A DNA stretch of 64,000 bases. It comes from a virus. The notes beneath the pieces are model-generated. The model saw nothing but the letters and a program-made list of their open reading frames with translations. It was not told the origin of the DNA and did not search any database. The DNA lies in IMG/VR virus record IMGVR_UViG_3300034105_001128, positions 12,242 to 76,241 of that record; one strand, given 5' to 3'. Both the position numbers and the translations under genes were made by a program. Positions 39,182-48,885 of the stretch are shown piece after piece (within the stretch, counting starts at the first letter, position 1; each line of letters begins with the position of its first letter).

Positions 39182-40029
39182 GATAAGAAGAACCCTTCAT
39201 TAGGAACAACTACTCCGCTAACAAGGTTATCATCTACAATGTTTTGATGTGTTGACTGAGCAACAATTCCATTAGCAGTGTTTACCGCAGTAATTACACG
39301 ATCAACTCTTCCACCGGCTTCTGGTGCGTAATCACTAAGCATAGGGCTCCAGCTAATTATGGTTCCAAGTACCTTAAGCTCACGTGGAGCTTGGCCGTCT
39401 TCTTCAGTAGATACATAAAAAAAGTAAGGGGCAGACTTTTTCTTTTCTGAATAAATCTTATCTTTTGACACAAAGAAAATAGTAGTGTTATCTGTAACTA
39501 AGGCAAAACCAGTTTGTTTTGCCAAGCTCCTGATAACCTGCCAATCACTTTGCCCTGCCTGAACAACACTGGGGCGTGTTCTAGGATGGCGTTGAGTGAC
39601 TGTTGCAAGACCATGTTTGTTTGCAATCTTTGTGACAACCTGATCAGCAGTAACATCCTTATAGATTTTTTGATTAGTATCTTTAAGGTAATACGTAGCC
39701 CCTACACAAACAATATCTGTGTTTCCACCTTGCCAGGTGTTTGGCTGCTCTACATGCCTAATATATCCATACCAAGTTTCTTTAATTTTTTTTGATCTAA
39801 ATGTAAACCTAACCGGGTCTCCAGATATTAAGCCTGTTTTTTTATTGCTCGGGTGGCCCTTAAAATGCAGAACAAGTCTGTCATGTTCTTCGGGATTTCT
39901 ATATAGTTCTGCACCAATTAGTGCCATAGTCATATCAGGTGCTTTTGTAAACTCTACTGTAAAAGAAGAATCTATAGATCCTTCTTGCCAAATAAATGGT
40001 CTATTTGACGGAGAATTAGCTGTTTCCAT
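39178..40029 (-). CDS. Baseplate hub (late control D/gp27-like), N-terminal part
   Basis: Y.DVTA..VV.KIA..HGL, Q.GQSDW...LA..TGF. Confidence 0.7.
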   Translation of the reverse strand: METANSPSNRPFIWQEGSIDSSFTVEFTKAPDMTMALIGAELYRNPEEHDRLVLHFKGHPSNKKTGLISGDPVRFTFRSKKIKETWYGYIRHVEQPNTWQGGNTDIVCVGATYYLKDTNQKIYKDVTADQVVTKIANKHGLATVTQRHPRTRPSVVQAGQSDWQVIRSLAKQTGFALVTDNTTIFFVSKDKIYSEKKKSAPYFFYVSTEEDGQAPRELKVLGTIISWSPMLSDYAPEAGGRVDRVITAVNTANGIVAQSTHQNIVDDNLVSGVVVPNEGFFLS

Positions 40030-40300
40030 AAGGGACCCTAATCACTGTTCCGGCAGCGATATTAAATGGGTCATCAATTTCTGGATTAATTTCCATAATT
40101 TCCCACCAATATTTTGAACCTAATCCGTAAGCCTGAGCTAGAATAGCTATTGCATCTCCATCCGCCCACGTATACTCTACATACTGTACTTTTTTAGAAG
40201 TTGGAAAAGCACGGTAAACAGATACGGTAGGGTTACCCGTATATTTATGAGCAGTCTGTGATAGCGGACCATCGTAATATCGTGAAACTCTTTCAATCAT
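40016..40300 (-). CDS. LysM/tail-X-like baseplate protein
   Basis: GD....LA..YG....WW.I...NPEI.DP..I.AGTVIRVP. Confidence 0.8.
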   Translation of the reverse strand: MIERVSRYYDGPLSQTAHKYTGNPTVSVYRAFPTSKKVQYVEYTWADGDAIAILAQAYGLGSKYWWEIMEINPEIDDPFNIAAGTVIRVPYGNS

Positions 40301-40312
40301 GATTATCCTTTC

Positions 40313-42268
40313 TTATGGTTTCGGTGTTTCAGGAGTGCCTGCAGGAGCAATGCCGCCCATAGTACCAATAGACTGGATTCCCGTTTCTCCCTCTACGTTA
40401 AATTGGGCAGGGTAACGAGTAAAGTCAACAGAAACAACTGTAAGCATAGGAACCATATTTAGATCAAAAATTTTATGGGTAACATTGAGTCCAGTTACAG
40501 AACCAAAATACCTTAAATTTGGTCCTAAGTACATCCACAATGGGATACCAGTAATATAGCCAATATCCGAGCTTCTACGATATTCTTTGTGCCCAATATT
40601 AGCGCCGTAGTTTTCATCAAGCAGCATGGTGTTTTCTTCTGGATCTCCGTTTAAACAACGGTATAAAAACTCTAAATCGTATTCAGTTCCTCGGTTTAAA
40701 AGTCCATAACGTTCTTCCTCTTGTAGCGGTCTTCCATACGCAGCGGTTTCATCCCTCTTTGCAGCAGCCATATTTAAATAACTTAGGTCGCTAATCCTAC
40801 TTATTAAAAGCTCAACTTTAACAGTTTGATTACCAGTAAGAGAAGTTGCAGAGTCTTTTGAGCCAAACGTCCAGTCAATTGAATTATTGCCACTAGTGCT
40901 ATAGCCAATAACTTCTGGGTTGTACATAAATCTAAAGCCCCATTGCTTTGCTTTTGCCTTTGAGCCAGTGCCTAAAGATAATGCGCTATGGTTCATTACT
41001 GATGCAGAAAGTTTGTCTTGGAATATGCGGCCGCGTTCTAGGCGACCGTCATCACCTATAAACTTATATTTACCGTTTAGCTTTGCAAATTCGTCAGAAT
41101 TAAATGGTTGACCTTTTGAATCTAATGCAACTCCCGCACGTAAGCCAAAAGGTATGCTCTTGCTAGCAACGTGTGGTGGTGGATTCCATCTTTGAGCATC
41201 ACCTGGTGGAAATACTTGCGTTGGTTTGTCCGGTGTGTTTGCTGGATTCGAATCTAATTTGTCTCCACACTGTCCAAGCTGAGCATCGTATAACTTTTTT
41301 TCCATTTGCCGTAAGTTTGTTGGGCTTTTTTTAAAACTTGTATAGGTACCAGAATAATCTGAGCCCTTAACAATTGTTTTACCGTCAATACTAGAAGTTA
41401 TATAGGAATAGACTATCTTATTGCTAGTTCCAGTCTTTGTTCCAACTTTAAACCCAATCCATTGCTTGTTGCAAAGATCGTAAACATACTGGTACTTAAG
41501 CTGGCTTGTTTTAACAGTAGTATACGCCCCAGTTCTTTCTGTAAGCTTAGCCTTAAACTGATCTGGAAGATCAGGGATTTCTCTTGCTTTTCTTACATAA
41601 ATTTGTGGGTTTAGGCCACCAAGAGTTACTTCTCCAGAATAGGCGGCACTTTCCTTATCAACTTGGATTCTTATAGCGCCGGGAGTAGGTCGATAGGCAA
41701 CTTTATCGGGGAAGATGTCTGCCTTTACGGTAAATGGTGGGTCAAATGTAGCTTTAGTAGCACTTGTAACTGTAAGAGTAAACCAAAAATTTACACTTTG
41801 ATTTTCTGTATCTGAATTTGGAGAAGTTTGCTGGTTTGCAGTAATCCCGCTAAAACCACGATCTTTCTTTTTATCAAGTTGAACTTTACCAATGTCTAAG
41901 GTTGAGGCAGTCGGAATAATTTTTACGTTCTGTACGCATGCCTCATTTAACCAATAATATGTAGATACGTTAGTATCTGTATCAGTTTTTTTAAGATAAA
42001 ATCTTAATGTATATCTATACTTATTCCATCGTGTTGCACGAATTTGGGTAGCGTACGGGCCCGCAGCCGAAGGTGGTGCGGTGTATATACCATACGTATC
42101 TGGTGCGGTCTGTTCCCCTAAACGTTGCTCAAGGTGGGTATTAATATACTGACCAAACTGCGTAGCTAAAATAGTATCGTTGTACGAGCCTCCTGAGTTT
42201 ATCTCATTTTGCGTAATAAACGATGTCTCTACCTGTACAGTGTAGAAATAATTATAGGAAAATGCCAT
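40313..42268 (-). CDS. Tail tube initiator-like protein with N-terminal extension
   Basis: FMYNP motif; located between tape measure and LysM genes. Confidence 0.55.
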   Translation of the reverse strand: MAFSYNYFYTVQVETSFITQNEINSGGSYNDTILATQFGQYINTHLEQRLGEQTAPDTYGIYTAPPSAAGPYATQIRATRWNKYRYTLRFYLKKTDTDTNVSTYYWLNEACVQNVKIIPTASTLDIGKVQLDKKKDRGFSGITANQQTSPNSDTENQSVNFWFTLTVTSATKATFDPPFTVKADIFPDKVAYRPTPGAIRIQVDKESAAYSGEVTLGGLNPQIYVRKAREIPDLPDQFKAKLTERTGAYTTVKTSQLKYQYVYDLCNKQWIGFKVGTKTGTSNKIVYSYITSSIDGKTIVKGSDYSGTYTSFKKSPTNLRQMEKKLYDAQLGQCGDKLDSNPANTPDKPTQVFPPGDAQRWNPPPHVASKSIPFGLRAGVALDSKGQPFNSDEFAKLNGKYKFIGDDGRLERGRIFQDKLSASVMNHSALSLGTGSKAKAKQWGFRFMYNPEVIGYSTSGNNSIDWTFGSKDSATSLTGNQTVKVELLISRISDLSYLNMAAAKRDETAAYGRPLQEEERYGLLNRGTEYDLEFLYRCLNGDPEENTMLLDENYGANIGHKEYRRSSDIGYITGIPLWMYLGPNLRYFGSVTGLNVTHKIFDLNMVPMLTVVSVDFTRYPAQFNVEGETGIQSIGTMGGIAPAGTPETPKP

Positions 42269-45165
42269 TATAGACTACTCGCAATCTTACGTAGTGTTGC
42301 ATCTTTTCTCAATTTTTCTCCAACTAGCTTGACTAAACGTTCTGCCTCTTGAATACTTCCCTGTGCAATGTTTACCTTCATATCAAGGTTAATTGTAACA
42401 TTGCTATTTGAATTTACAGTAGCGCTGCTACTGCCGCCTCCGCCGTGATTTGAGCTAGTTCCTGCACCAGGAGCACCTACGTTCATACCATTGCTAGCTT
42501 CTCCACCCACGCGTGCTTCCAAAGCAACAGCATCTGCTTGTTTTAGGTGCTTCATGTAAGCTCCGGTATTATAACTAGACCAAGCGCTCCAGTTATTACC
42601 TTTTTGACTCATGTGGGCCGCTATACCAGCATTAGTACTTGGGTTAAACAAATCTTGATTGCTTCTGAGGTTAAACTTTTTACGCCTAGCTGGTCCGAGG
42701 CTGCCCAGCATATTAATTTGATACAGTCCGTAAGACTCATCGCCGGTTTTAGTGTTGCCATTAAATGCGTTGGATCTACCGCCGGATTCAGCAATAGCAA
42801 TTGCGTATGCAGTTTTTAGCGCATCTCCTTTAAATCCCTTAGATGAAATTAACTTTATAAGGTCTTTTTTACTACCTGTAATATTGCCGTCATATTTGCC
42901 GCCAGGAAGTTGAGCCAGAACATCGTCAGTTTTCTTTCCAAATACTTTTTCAAGATCATCATAAGATACTGGCTTTCCGTCTACAATGGTTTGTCCAAAA
43001 GCTGCTAAAATACTTGGGGAGGCATAAGAACTAGAGCTCCAGCCAGCCTTTTTAGTTTTAAAAACCCTTGACGCAGCCTCATTTAAGCTTGATAGTACTT
43101 GAGGAACTCCCTTACGTTTTTTAAACCAATCTCTAGGGTTGTACTGGACTCCTTTTTCATCTAATGTTTCAAAGTGAAGGTGTGCGCCACGAGAGTTTCC
43201 TCGACCAGGATCTTTTGCGCCACCACCAGACTTACCAATAACTTGTCCGGCTTTTACTTGTTGTCTGCTAGTTACAAGAATAGAGCGTAAGTGAGCATAT
43301 CGGCTAGAAGTTCCGTCAAGGTGTTTTATATCTACGTAGCTTCCATAACCATTTGGATCATTACCTATTCTTGATACTTTTCCTTCTGAGGCTGCAGTAA
43401 TAGGTGTTCCAGAAGGTGTTGCTAAGTCTATTCCGCGGTGGTTTGAACTAATTCTTTGTCCTTGTTTTGCAGCCCTTGCTGCCGCGCCAGGACGAGGGCC
43501 AAACTCTGAAGACACAGGTGTTGCTGAAGGAACAGGCCACATATGATTTGCGCCAGCAGTTTCTGCTTTCGGAGTTGAGGCATGACCAATGTTCATTCCA
43601 TTGCTGGATTCTCCACCTATCGAACCAAATAGCTGACCAAGTGCGTTACCGCCACCGGCAAGAAGCGCACCTATAATTGCACCAGGGGCAGCAGCAACAC
43701 CAAATCCTGCAGCTCCTACAGCAGCACCACCAGCTGCACCTATTCCAGCAGATTTAAGTACAGAGCCCCAGTCAAAGCCGCCTTTCTTTTTAGCGTCTTT
43801 GTAACCACCAAATGCAGACATTGCGGCACCAACAACTGGAAGGGCTTTACCCGCTACGCCTAAAAATCTTCCTGCTGAAGAAAGTGCTGGACCTGCCTTA
43901 GATAGTAACGACCCTCCCTTAGTTGCGGCCGTACCTAGTGCAGGTAGTACTGCTTTAGCACCTCCGCCACCTAAAAATTTAGATAGTAGTTTGTATTGGA
44001 GGAATGAAGAACCTAAACTTGCAACAGTACTTCCAGCTGTTGCAATGGCGCCTCCGGTGTTTCCCGAGTTAGGCAGAGTTTGTAAAATTCCTTTGAGGGT
44101 CATTAACCCATCATTAATTGGTCCAAGAAGATCTGCCATTGCACTAAAGCCATCATTAACTGCTGCGGTAGTTCTTGTAGCTACGTTGTAACCACCTACT
44201 AGACCTTCTTCAGTTGCAGCTAGTTTTCTAGCCTCACTGGTGTTGTATCTAAAATTAGAACGAACAGGGGAGCTTTTATCAACGCCCATAAGATCCAACA
44301 TCTTATTTGGATCTTTGCTGTTCATTGCACCAGAGTACTTTTTAGCAGACCCTGCTTTTGCTCTAGCACGAAGACCTGACTGCAATTGCTGCATCAAGGC
44401 TTGGTCCCCATTTGTTAGGGTAAGGAGAGTTTGATAAGACTTAGATCCTGGGTTATAAAGTAGGTCTGCTTCTTCTGCGGTAATCTGTCGTCCACGATAT
44501 AAAAAACGATACACATCGTTAACAATTTGGGAAATTGGCTTTAAGTTTCCTTTATCATCACGAATACGTACGCCCATGCGCAAAAAGCTCATGCCGTTCA
44601 TTCCAGCAACAGATGCGGCAGCAGCTTCGTTTGACATACCTGATTGTGCGCTTAGCCCAGCCATTTGGCTCATAATGTTACTTGAAGTTTTGGATCCTGC
44701 GCCATACCCGCCACCATACATCAAAGACATCTGTGCCATGACAGGTGACATAGCGCTTGTAGCTCCGCCACCTACCTGTTTGTTTGCCTGTAAGATAGCT
44801 TGTCGTGAAGACATTCCGGCCATGCCAGCGTAAGAATCTGCGCCAATGCGTTGAGTAACAGCAGCCATGGTATTTGGGGCCATGCTCATATATGTAGAGC
44901 CAGCTGCAAACCCTACAGCCGCACCTACTTGGGCCCGGGTAAACCCACCACCCATACCAATTTTACCGCCGCCAGATTTGCCACCCAAGTTGTCGGTTGT
45001 GTCTTTAACACTGTCCGCCATCTTGTCCCATTGCGAAGCAATGCCGTCCATGTACTTTGATACTTTTTCAAATAACTTTAGTAGATTTTTTCCAAAGTCG
45101 TCAAAGCTAGCGTCGTTGCCCGCTACGCTACCAAACCCTGGGTCGCCATCTGTTGCGACTCCCAA
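42268..45165 (-). CDS. Tape measure protein with M23 peptidase and lytic-transglycosylase-like domains
   Basis: Ala/Gly-rich body; HRGID, YAHL, HLHFE (M23); AIAESGG, YGLYQIN, WSAW (lysozyme-like). Confidence 0.88.
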   Translation of the reverse strand: MGVATDGDPGFGSVAGNDASFDDFGKNLLKLFEKVSKYMDGIASQWDKMADSVKDTTDNLGGKSGGGKIGMGGGFTRAQVGAAVGFAAGSTYMSMAPNTMAAVTQRIGADSYAGMAGMSSRQAILQANKQVGGGATSAMSPVMAQMSLMYGGGYGAGSKTSSNIMSQMAGLSAQSGMSNEAAAASVAGMNGMSFLRMGVRIRDDKGNLKPISQIVNDVYRFLYRGRQITAEEADLLYNPGSKSYQTLLTLTNGDQALMQQLQSGLRARAKAGSAKKYSGAMNSKDPNKMLDLMGVDKSSPVRSNFRYNTSEARKLAATEEGLVGGYNVATRTTAAVNDGFSAMADLLGPINDGLMTLKGILQTLPNSGNTGGAIATAGSTVASLGSSFLQYKLLSKFLGGGGAKAVLPALGTAATKGGSLLSKAGPALSSAGRFLGVAGKALPVVGAAMSAFGGYKDAKKKGGFDWGSVLKSAGIGAAGGAAVGAAGFGVAAAPGAIIGALLAGGGNALGQLFGSIGGESSNGMNIGHASTPKAETAGANHMWPVPSATPVSSEFGPRPGAAARAAKQGQRISSNHRGIDLATPSGTPITAASEGKVSRIGNDPNGYGSYVDIKHLDGTSSRYAHLRSILVTSRQQVKAGQVIGKSGGGAKDPGRGNSRGAHLHFETLDEKGVQYNPRDWFKKRKGVPQVLSSLNEAASRVFKTKKAGWSSSSYASPSILAAFGQTIVDGKPVSYDDLEKVFGKKTDDVLAQLPGGKYDGNITGSKKDLIKLISSKGFKGDALKTAYAIAIAESGGRSNAFNGNTKTGDESYGLYQINMLGSLGPARRKKFNLRSNQDLFNPSTNAGIAAHMSQKGNNWSAWSSYNTGAYMKHLKQADAVALEARVGGEASNGMNVGAPGAGTSSNHGGGGSSSATVNSNSNVTINLDMKVNIAQGSIQEAERLVKLVGEKLRKDATLRKIASSL

Positions 45166-45182
45166 ATTTTCGGCTATTTAAA

Positions 45183-45335
45183 TCACCGCCTTAACCTGTT
45201 AGTTCCTTTTTCAAGCCAATTAATTCGTTCCCTATAAGTAAGGGAACGAATCTCTGTAAGTGTCCACCCGGGGTACATCTGCGTTAGCAGCTCGTACATC
45301 CCAAGCAACACTGTGTAGTCAGTCTCACTCCCGAA
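45183..45335 (-). CDS. Tail assembly chaperone downstream (T-like) frame
   Basis: Open +1 frame FGSETDYTVLLGMYELLTQMYPGWTLTEIRSLTYRERINWLE... between chaperone and tape measure genes. Confidence 0.65.
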   Translation of the reverse strand, partial: FGSETDYTVLLGMYELLTQMYPGWTLTEIRSLTYRERINWLEKGTNRLRR

Positions 45336-46149
45336 AGAGATCTGCCAGGGTTAGTGGCAGTGGCACCTCCGAGCCGCAAGACGTACATTCTTTTTTAATT
45401 TGGCTAAGTTGTGGTCCAGGGTTACGGTTTGTGATTTCTTCAAGGATCGTTCTACGATCCTTCATTCCTAAGTTTCTAACGACTTCTGGGTCAATTATTT
45501 CTTCCCCATTAATTGCTAAAACTGTGCTCTTTAACAGAACTGTGTCTAATTCTGCCATAGTTTTATTTACAGAGTCTACGATTGCTCGTTGTGTTCCACC
45601 CTTAGGGAGTGTCACTACAACTGTGCCAACTTTACACTTTACTGTAAATTCTCTATCTCCCTCTAATTTCTTAATCTTTACGTCTTTATCTAGATCAATA
45701 ACAAATGTTTGGTCATTGTCACACGTAGGGCATTTACCGGGCCCAACAGTTACTTCTGTACCAAATGTTACTTTTCTAATAGCTAGTAGCAATAGTTCTC
45801 TGTCTCCAGCAAACATTGCGTCTAGTAGGTCTTTTGTTGCTTTTTCTTCACCAATTTTAACAGTAGCTCTTTCTAAAATATTTAAAAGGGCTTTTCCAGT
45901 GTCATTGATCTTAGAGATGGCTTCTTCATCGATTCCATTAAGCTCTCTAACCTCAGCAGTAGTAATCAAGCCTTCAAAGGGGTCATACAGACCCCCGGCT
46001 AGTTCTACTGATGTATCAGGAGGCAATGTAATTTTAGGCGCTTCCGCCTTAACCATTGCCTCCTGCTCACCAAGAGCCATAGCATCTGCTGCTAGCTTAT
46101 TAGCCAAATCAGGATTTGTACCCGCATTTATAACCGTATTATTAGACAT
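45325..46149 (-). CDS. Tail assembly chaperone / T4 gp26-like protein
   Basis: VRELNG.DEE, GDR..LLL.IR..TFG, two CxxC; located between tube and tape measure. Confidence 0.7.
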   Translation of the reverse strand: MSNNTVINAGTNPDLANKLAADAMALGEQEAMVKAEAPKITLPPDTSVELAGGLYDPFEGLITTAEVRELNGIDEEAISKINDTGKALLNILERATVKIGEEKATKDLLDAMFAGDRELLLLAIRKVTFGTEVTVGPGKCPTCDNDQTFVIDLDKDVKIKKLEGDREFTVKCKVGTVVVTLPKGGTQRAIVDSVNKTMAELDTVLLKSTVLAINGEEIIDPEVVRNLGMKDRRTILEEITNRNPGPQLSQIKKECTSCGSEVPLPLTLADLFRE

Positions 46150-46169
46150 ATTGTAGTTTCCTTATATTA

Positions 46170-46844
46170 TTAGAATGTTTGGTTTGTGTCAAAAGTAGTA
46201 GGTGCTGTTCCTTCTACTGTGTAATCCTTTGCGTAACGAACATCCCAACCTTCATGAACTACAGTCATTTCTTCCACCATAAGGGTGTTAGAACCTGCGT
46301 CTAGTCCACTGTAAGAAAGTGATGTGATCCAAGCATTATACACCTTAAAGCGAAGTGATGTATGTTGGTCATATGGGGTGTTGGCATCCTGTGTTGTGGA
46401 TGCGCTTCCCTTATATGCCGCTGGGTTTGGATGGCTAAGGACCTGAATTGTTATGTTGCAACGGAAGTTAGATCCAACGCCACCAGTTGCTGTAGGTGTA
46501 AGAACTGAGAATAGCTTCTTCATCCATAGAGAGTTGTCGTTTAGACCAAGTGCTACACCCTTAGAGAATGTAATAGGTGTGAACGATGATTGACCAGGTA
46601 ACTGGTGCATGTTTGTGTTGTAGCCGCCTTCGCGGTATGCAATAGATTCTGTAGAAACTGTTAGGCCAGACATGGATACAAACCCAAGCTTTCCAAAGTT
46701 TTTACCAAAATCTGCTGCGGTGATTTTTACACCATCTCCTGTTGGCTCAAAAGTTACTACGAACTTAAAGTTACGAACTGGATCGGTGAGCATCTGACTA
46801 AGTGTATTTACCACTGCTGAGTTAGTTGGTGCGGGTGTTGTCAT
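46170..46844 (-). CDS. Tail tube protein (T4 gp19-like)
   Basis: DPVRNFKF, GF..MSGL, YREGG, PGQ..F.PIT..KG, YNAW, VHEG. Confidence 0.9.
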   Translation of the reverse strand: MTTPAPTNSAVVNTLSQMLTDPVRNFKFVVTFEPTGDGVKITAADFGKNFGKLGFVSMSGLTVSTESIAYREGGYNTNMHQLPGQSSFTPITFSKGVALGLNDNSLWMKKLFSVLTPTATGGVGSNFRCNITIQVLSHPNPAAYKGSASTTQDANTPYDQHTSLRFKVYNAWITSLSYSGLDAGSNTLMVEEMTVVHEGWDVRYAKDYTVEGTAPTTFDTNQTF

Positions 46845-46858
46845 TTTTTATATCTCCT

Positions 46859-48841
46859 TTACGCTGATGCGTTTCCGGTTAGTTGTCCAAGCTTAATGAC
46901 AACGAACTCTGCTGGGTATTCTAATGCGACGCCAACTTCAATGTTAACTCGGCCGGCTTGCATATCGGCAAAGCTAGTTGTAGTTTCGTCAACTGTTACA
47001 AAGAAAGCTTGGGTCTGGCTATTGCCACGAAGTCCGCCTTCTGACCAATATCCTAAAAGGAAATTGTTAAGCACTGTATGAAGACGACGCCACAAGAAAG
47101 TGTCGTTGTTCTCAAATACTGCAAATGCTGATAGATCTGTTAATTGAGTCGTAATGTACTGCAATGAACGTCTAACATTGATATAGCGATTGTTAGGTGT
47201 GTTATCTAGTGTGCGTCCACCCATAACAACAATGCCGGCGCCAGGGACGTTACGGATTGCGTTAATTGGATTACCGCGAGTGTTTAGCTCATCAAGCTCA
47301 GCATTTGTAAACAAATGCTCAGTTGATACTGCAAGTGCGATAGAATTTCCAAGACCGGCTGGAGTCTTAAAGACGCCACGGCTTGCGTCTGTAGCTAGGT
47401 ACTGACCTACCATGATAGCACCAGGAGCCTGAGCACGTGTTACGCCAGGGATCTTGTTAGTATCAGGAATGTTTATCCAAGGGTAATACGCTGCAGTAAT
47501 GTACTCTGCGCCAGGTCCGGCTGCTGCTGTAGCGTCTACTGAATCTTTAGCTGCTGTTGCTGATAGGCCTGATGGAGTATCAACTACAACAAATGAGTCT
47601 TGTCGTGAAAGCGCATAACTCATTGCGTCACCATGAATCAATGAAGTGTTTGTTTCGTCATACGCAGCGTCTGCTGCGTAGATAACTAGAGGATTTTGAA
47701 TTGGATCAAATGAAGTCCATACCGCGCCGTACTGCGCACGTGTTGGTGTGGAACCATTAGCTCCACCAGCAAGTGCTGTTGGAGAAGTAGCTGTTGTGTA
47801 AGGTGTCTTTGTGACATCTAGTCCAGTAGCTGGGATATTGATTACTCCAGAACTTGAGTTGATTACTGAACGGAAAAAGTACTTATCAGTAGTGCTCATG
47901 CTTAGATCTGTCCAAGACTCCACAAGAGTTGTAACTCCGGTAGGAGAGGTGTAATAGACGTTAAGTCCAAAACGTGTTGAAACTCCGGCAGGAACTACTT
48001 GAACAGAATAGCTTTGTGACCAAGCACCAGCACTAAGTGCGTTAACAGCAAATACTTGGGCTGGGTTAATAACTACAGTAGCTGTAGCTGTGGCTCCTGT
48101 TACTGCAGTACCTGTAGCGGCACTTGTAATAGTAAACTGAGTAGCTGAGCGAGTAACGATTGTAGCATTTGTGATATTAAATGTTGATGTAGAAAGGCCA
48201 GTAATAGATACTGTCTGTCCTACTGTAAAGCTGTTTGACGCTGTATAAGTGATTTTAGCGCTTACAGCTGTAGCTGTAGCTGTAGCTCCAGTAACCGCTG
48301 TACCTGTTGCCGCGTTAGTTACAGTAAATGTTGATGAAGTTGCTGTAGCAATTGTTACTGCAGATAAGTTAAAAGCAGTTGTAGACAAGCCTGAGATGCT
48401 TACTGACTGTCCTGCTTCAAATGTGTTAGTTGCTGTGTAAGTAACTGTTCCACTAGCTGCAGATGCAGCTGTAACAGTAGCTGTTGTTGCTTGAGCAGTT
48501 GCTGCAGTGACTGTAGCAACCACATTTGATGCTGTTGCTGAGTCATTAACAGATACTGTTCCGACAAGAGCGTTGTCACCTAGAACACGACGTACATATA
48601 GATTGCGGCCACCATTAGCATAAAAGTTATAGGCAGCCCAAGTTGTTGGGTAGGAATCGTTTAATCCACCAAATGTCTTTACAAAATCGCTCCAGCTTGA
48701 AACCAACACTGGCGCTGCAGATGGACCCTGTGCTAAAGCACCGGTCATTGCACCTACAGCGTTGCTTGTATCAGGCAACTGAATAGTTTGTGGTAAAGCC
48801 ACTTCTTGAACATAGACTCCCGGGCGACTGTATGTTGCCAT
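46859..48841 (-). CDS. Contractile tail sheath protein
   Basis: Y.RPGVYVQE, FY.NGG, YYPW, RGVFKTPAG, GGRTL, YINVRR, VFENND, PAEFV. Confidence 0.93.
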   Translation of the reverse strand: MATYSRPGVYVQEVALPQTIQLPDTSNAVGAMTGALAQGPSAAPVLVSSWSDFVKTFGGLNDSYPTTWAAYNFYANGGRNLYVRRVLGDNALVGTVSVNDSATASNVVATVTAATAQATTATVTAASAASGTVTYTATNTFEAGQSVSISGLSTTAFNLSAVTIATATSSTFTVTNAATGTAVTGATATATAVSAKITYTASNSFTVGQTVSITGLSTSTFNITNATIVTRSATQFTITSAATGTAVTGATATATVVINPAQVFAVNALSAGAWSQSYSVQVVPAGVSTRFGLNVYYTSPTGVTTLVESWTDLSMSTTDKYFFRSVINSSSGVINIPATGLDVTKTPYTTATSPTALAGGANGSTPTRAQYGAVWTSFDPIQNPLVIYAADAAYDETNTSLIHGDAMSYALSRQDSFVVVDTPSGLSATAAKDSVDATAAAGPGAEYITAAYYPWINIPDTNKIPGVTRAQAPGAIMVGQYLATDASRGVFKTPAGLGNSIALAVSTEHLFTNAELDELNTRGNPINAIRNVPGAGIVVMGGRTLDNTPNNRYINVRRSLQYITTQLTDLSAFAVFENNDTFLWRRLHTVLNNFLLGYWSEGGLRGNSQTQAFFVTVDETTTSFADMQAGRVNIEVGVALEYPAEFVVIKLGQLTGNASA

Positions 48842-48885
48842 TTGGGTTTACTCCTTAGGGTTAGGTTGTTTTCTTAGTGTAGGTA

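Noticed and set aside
45260-46156. 298-aa + strand ORF
   Set aside because: Antisense to the chaperone gene with no motifs; explained by codon bias.
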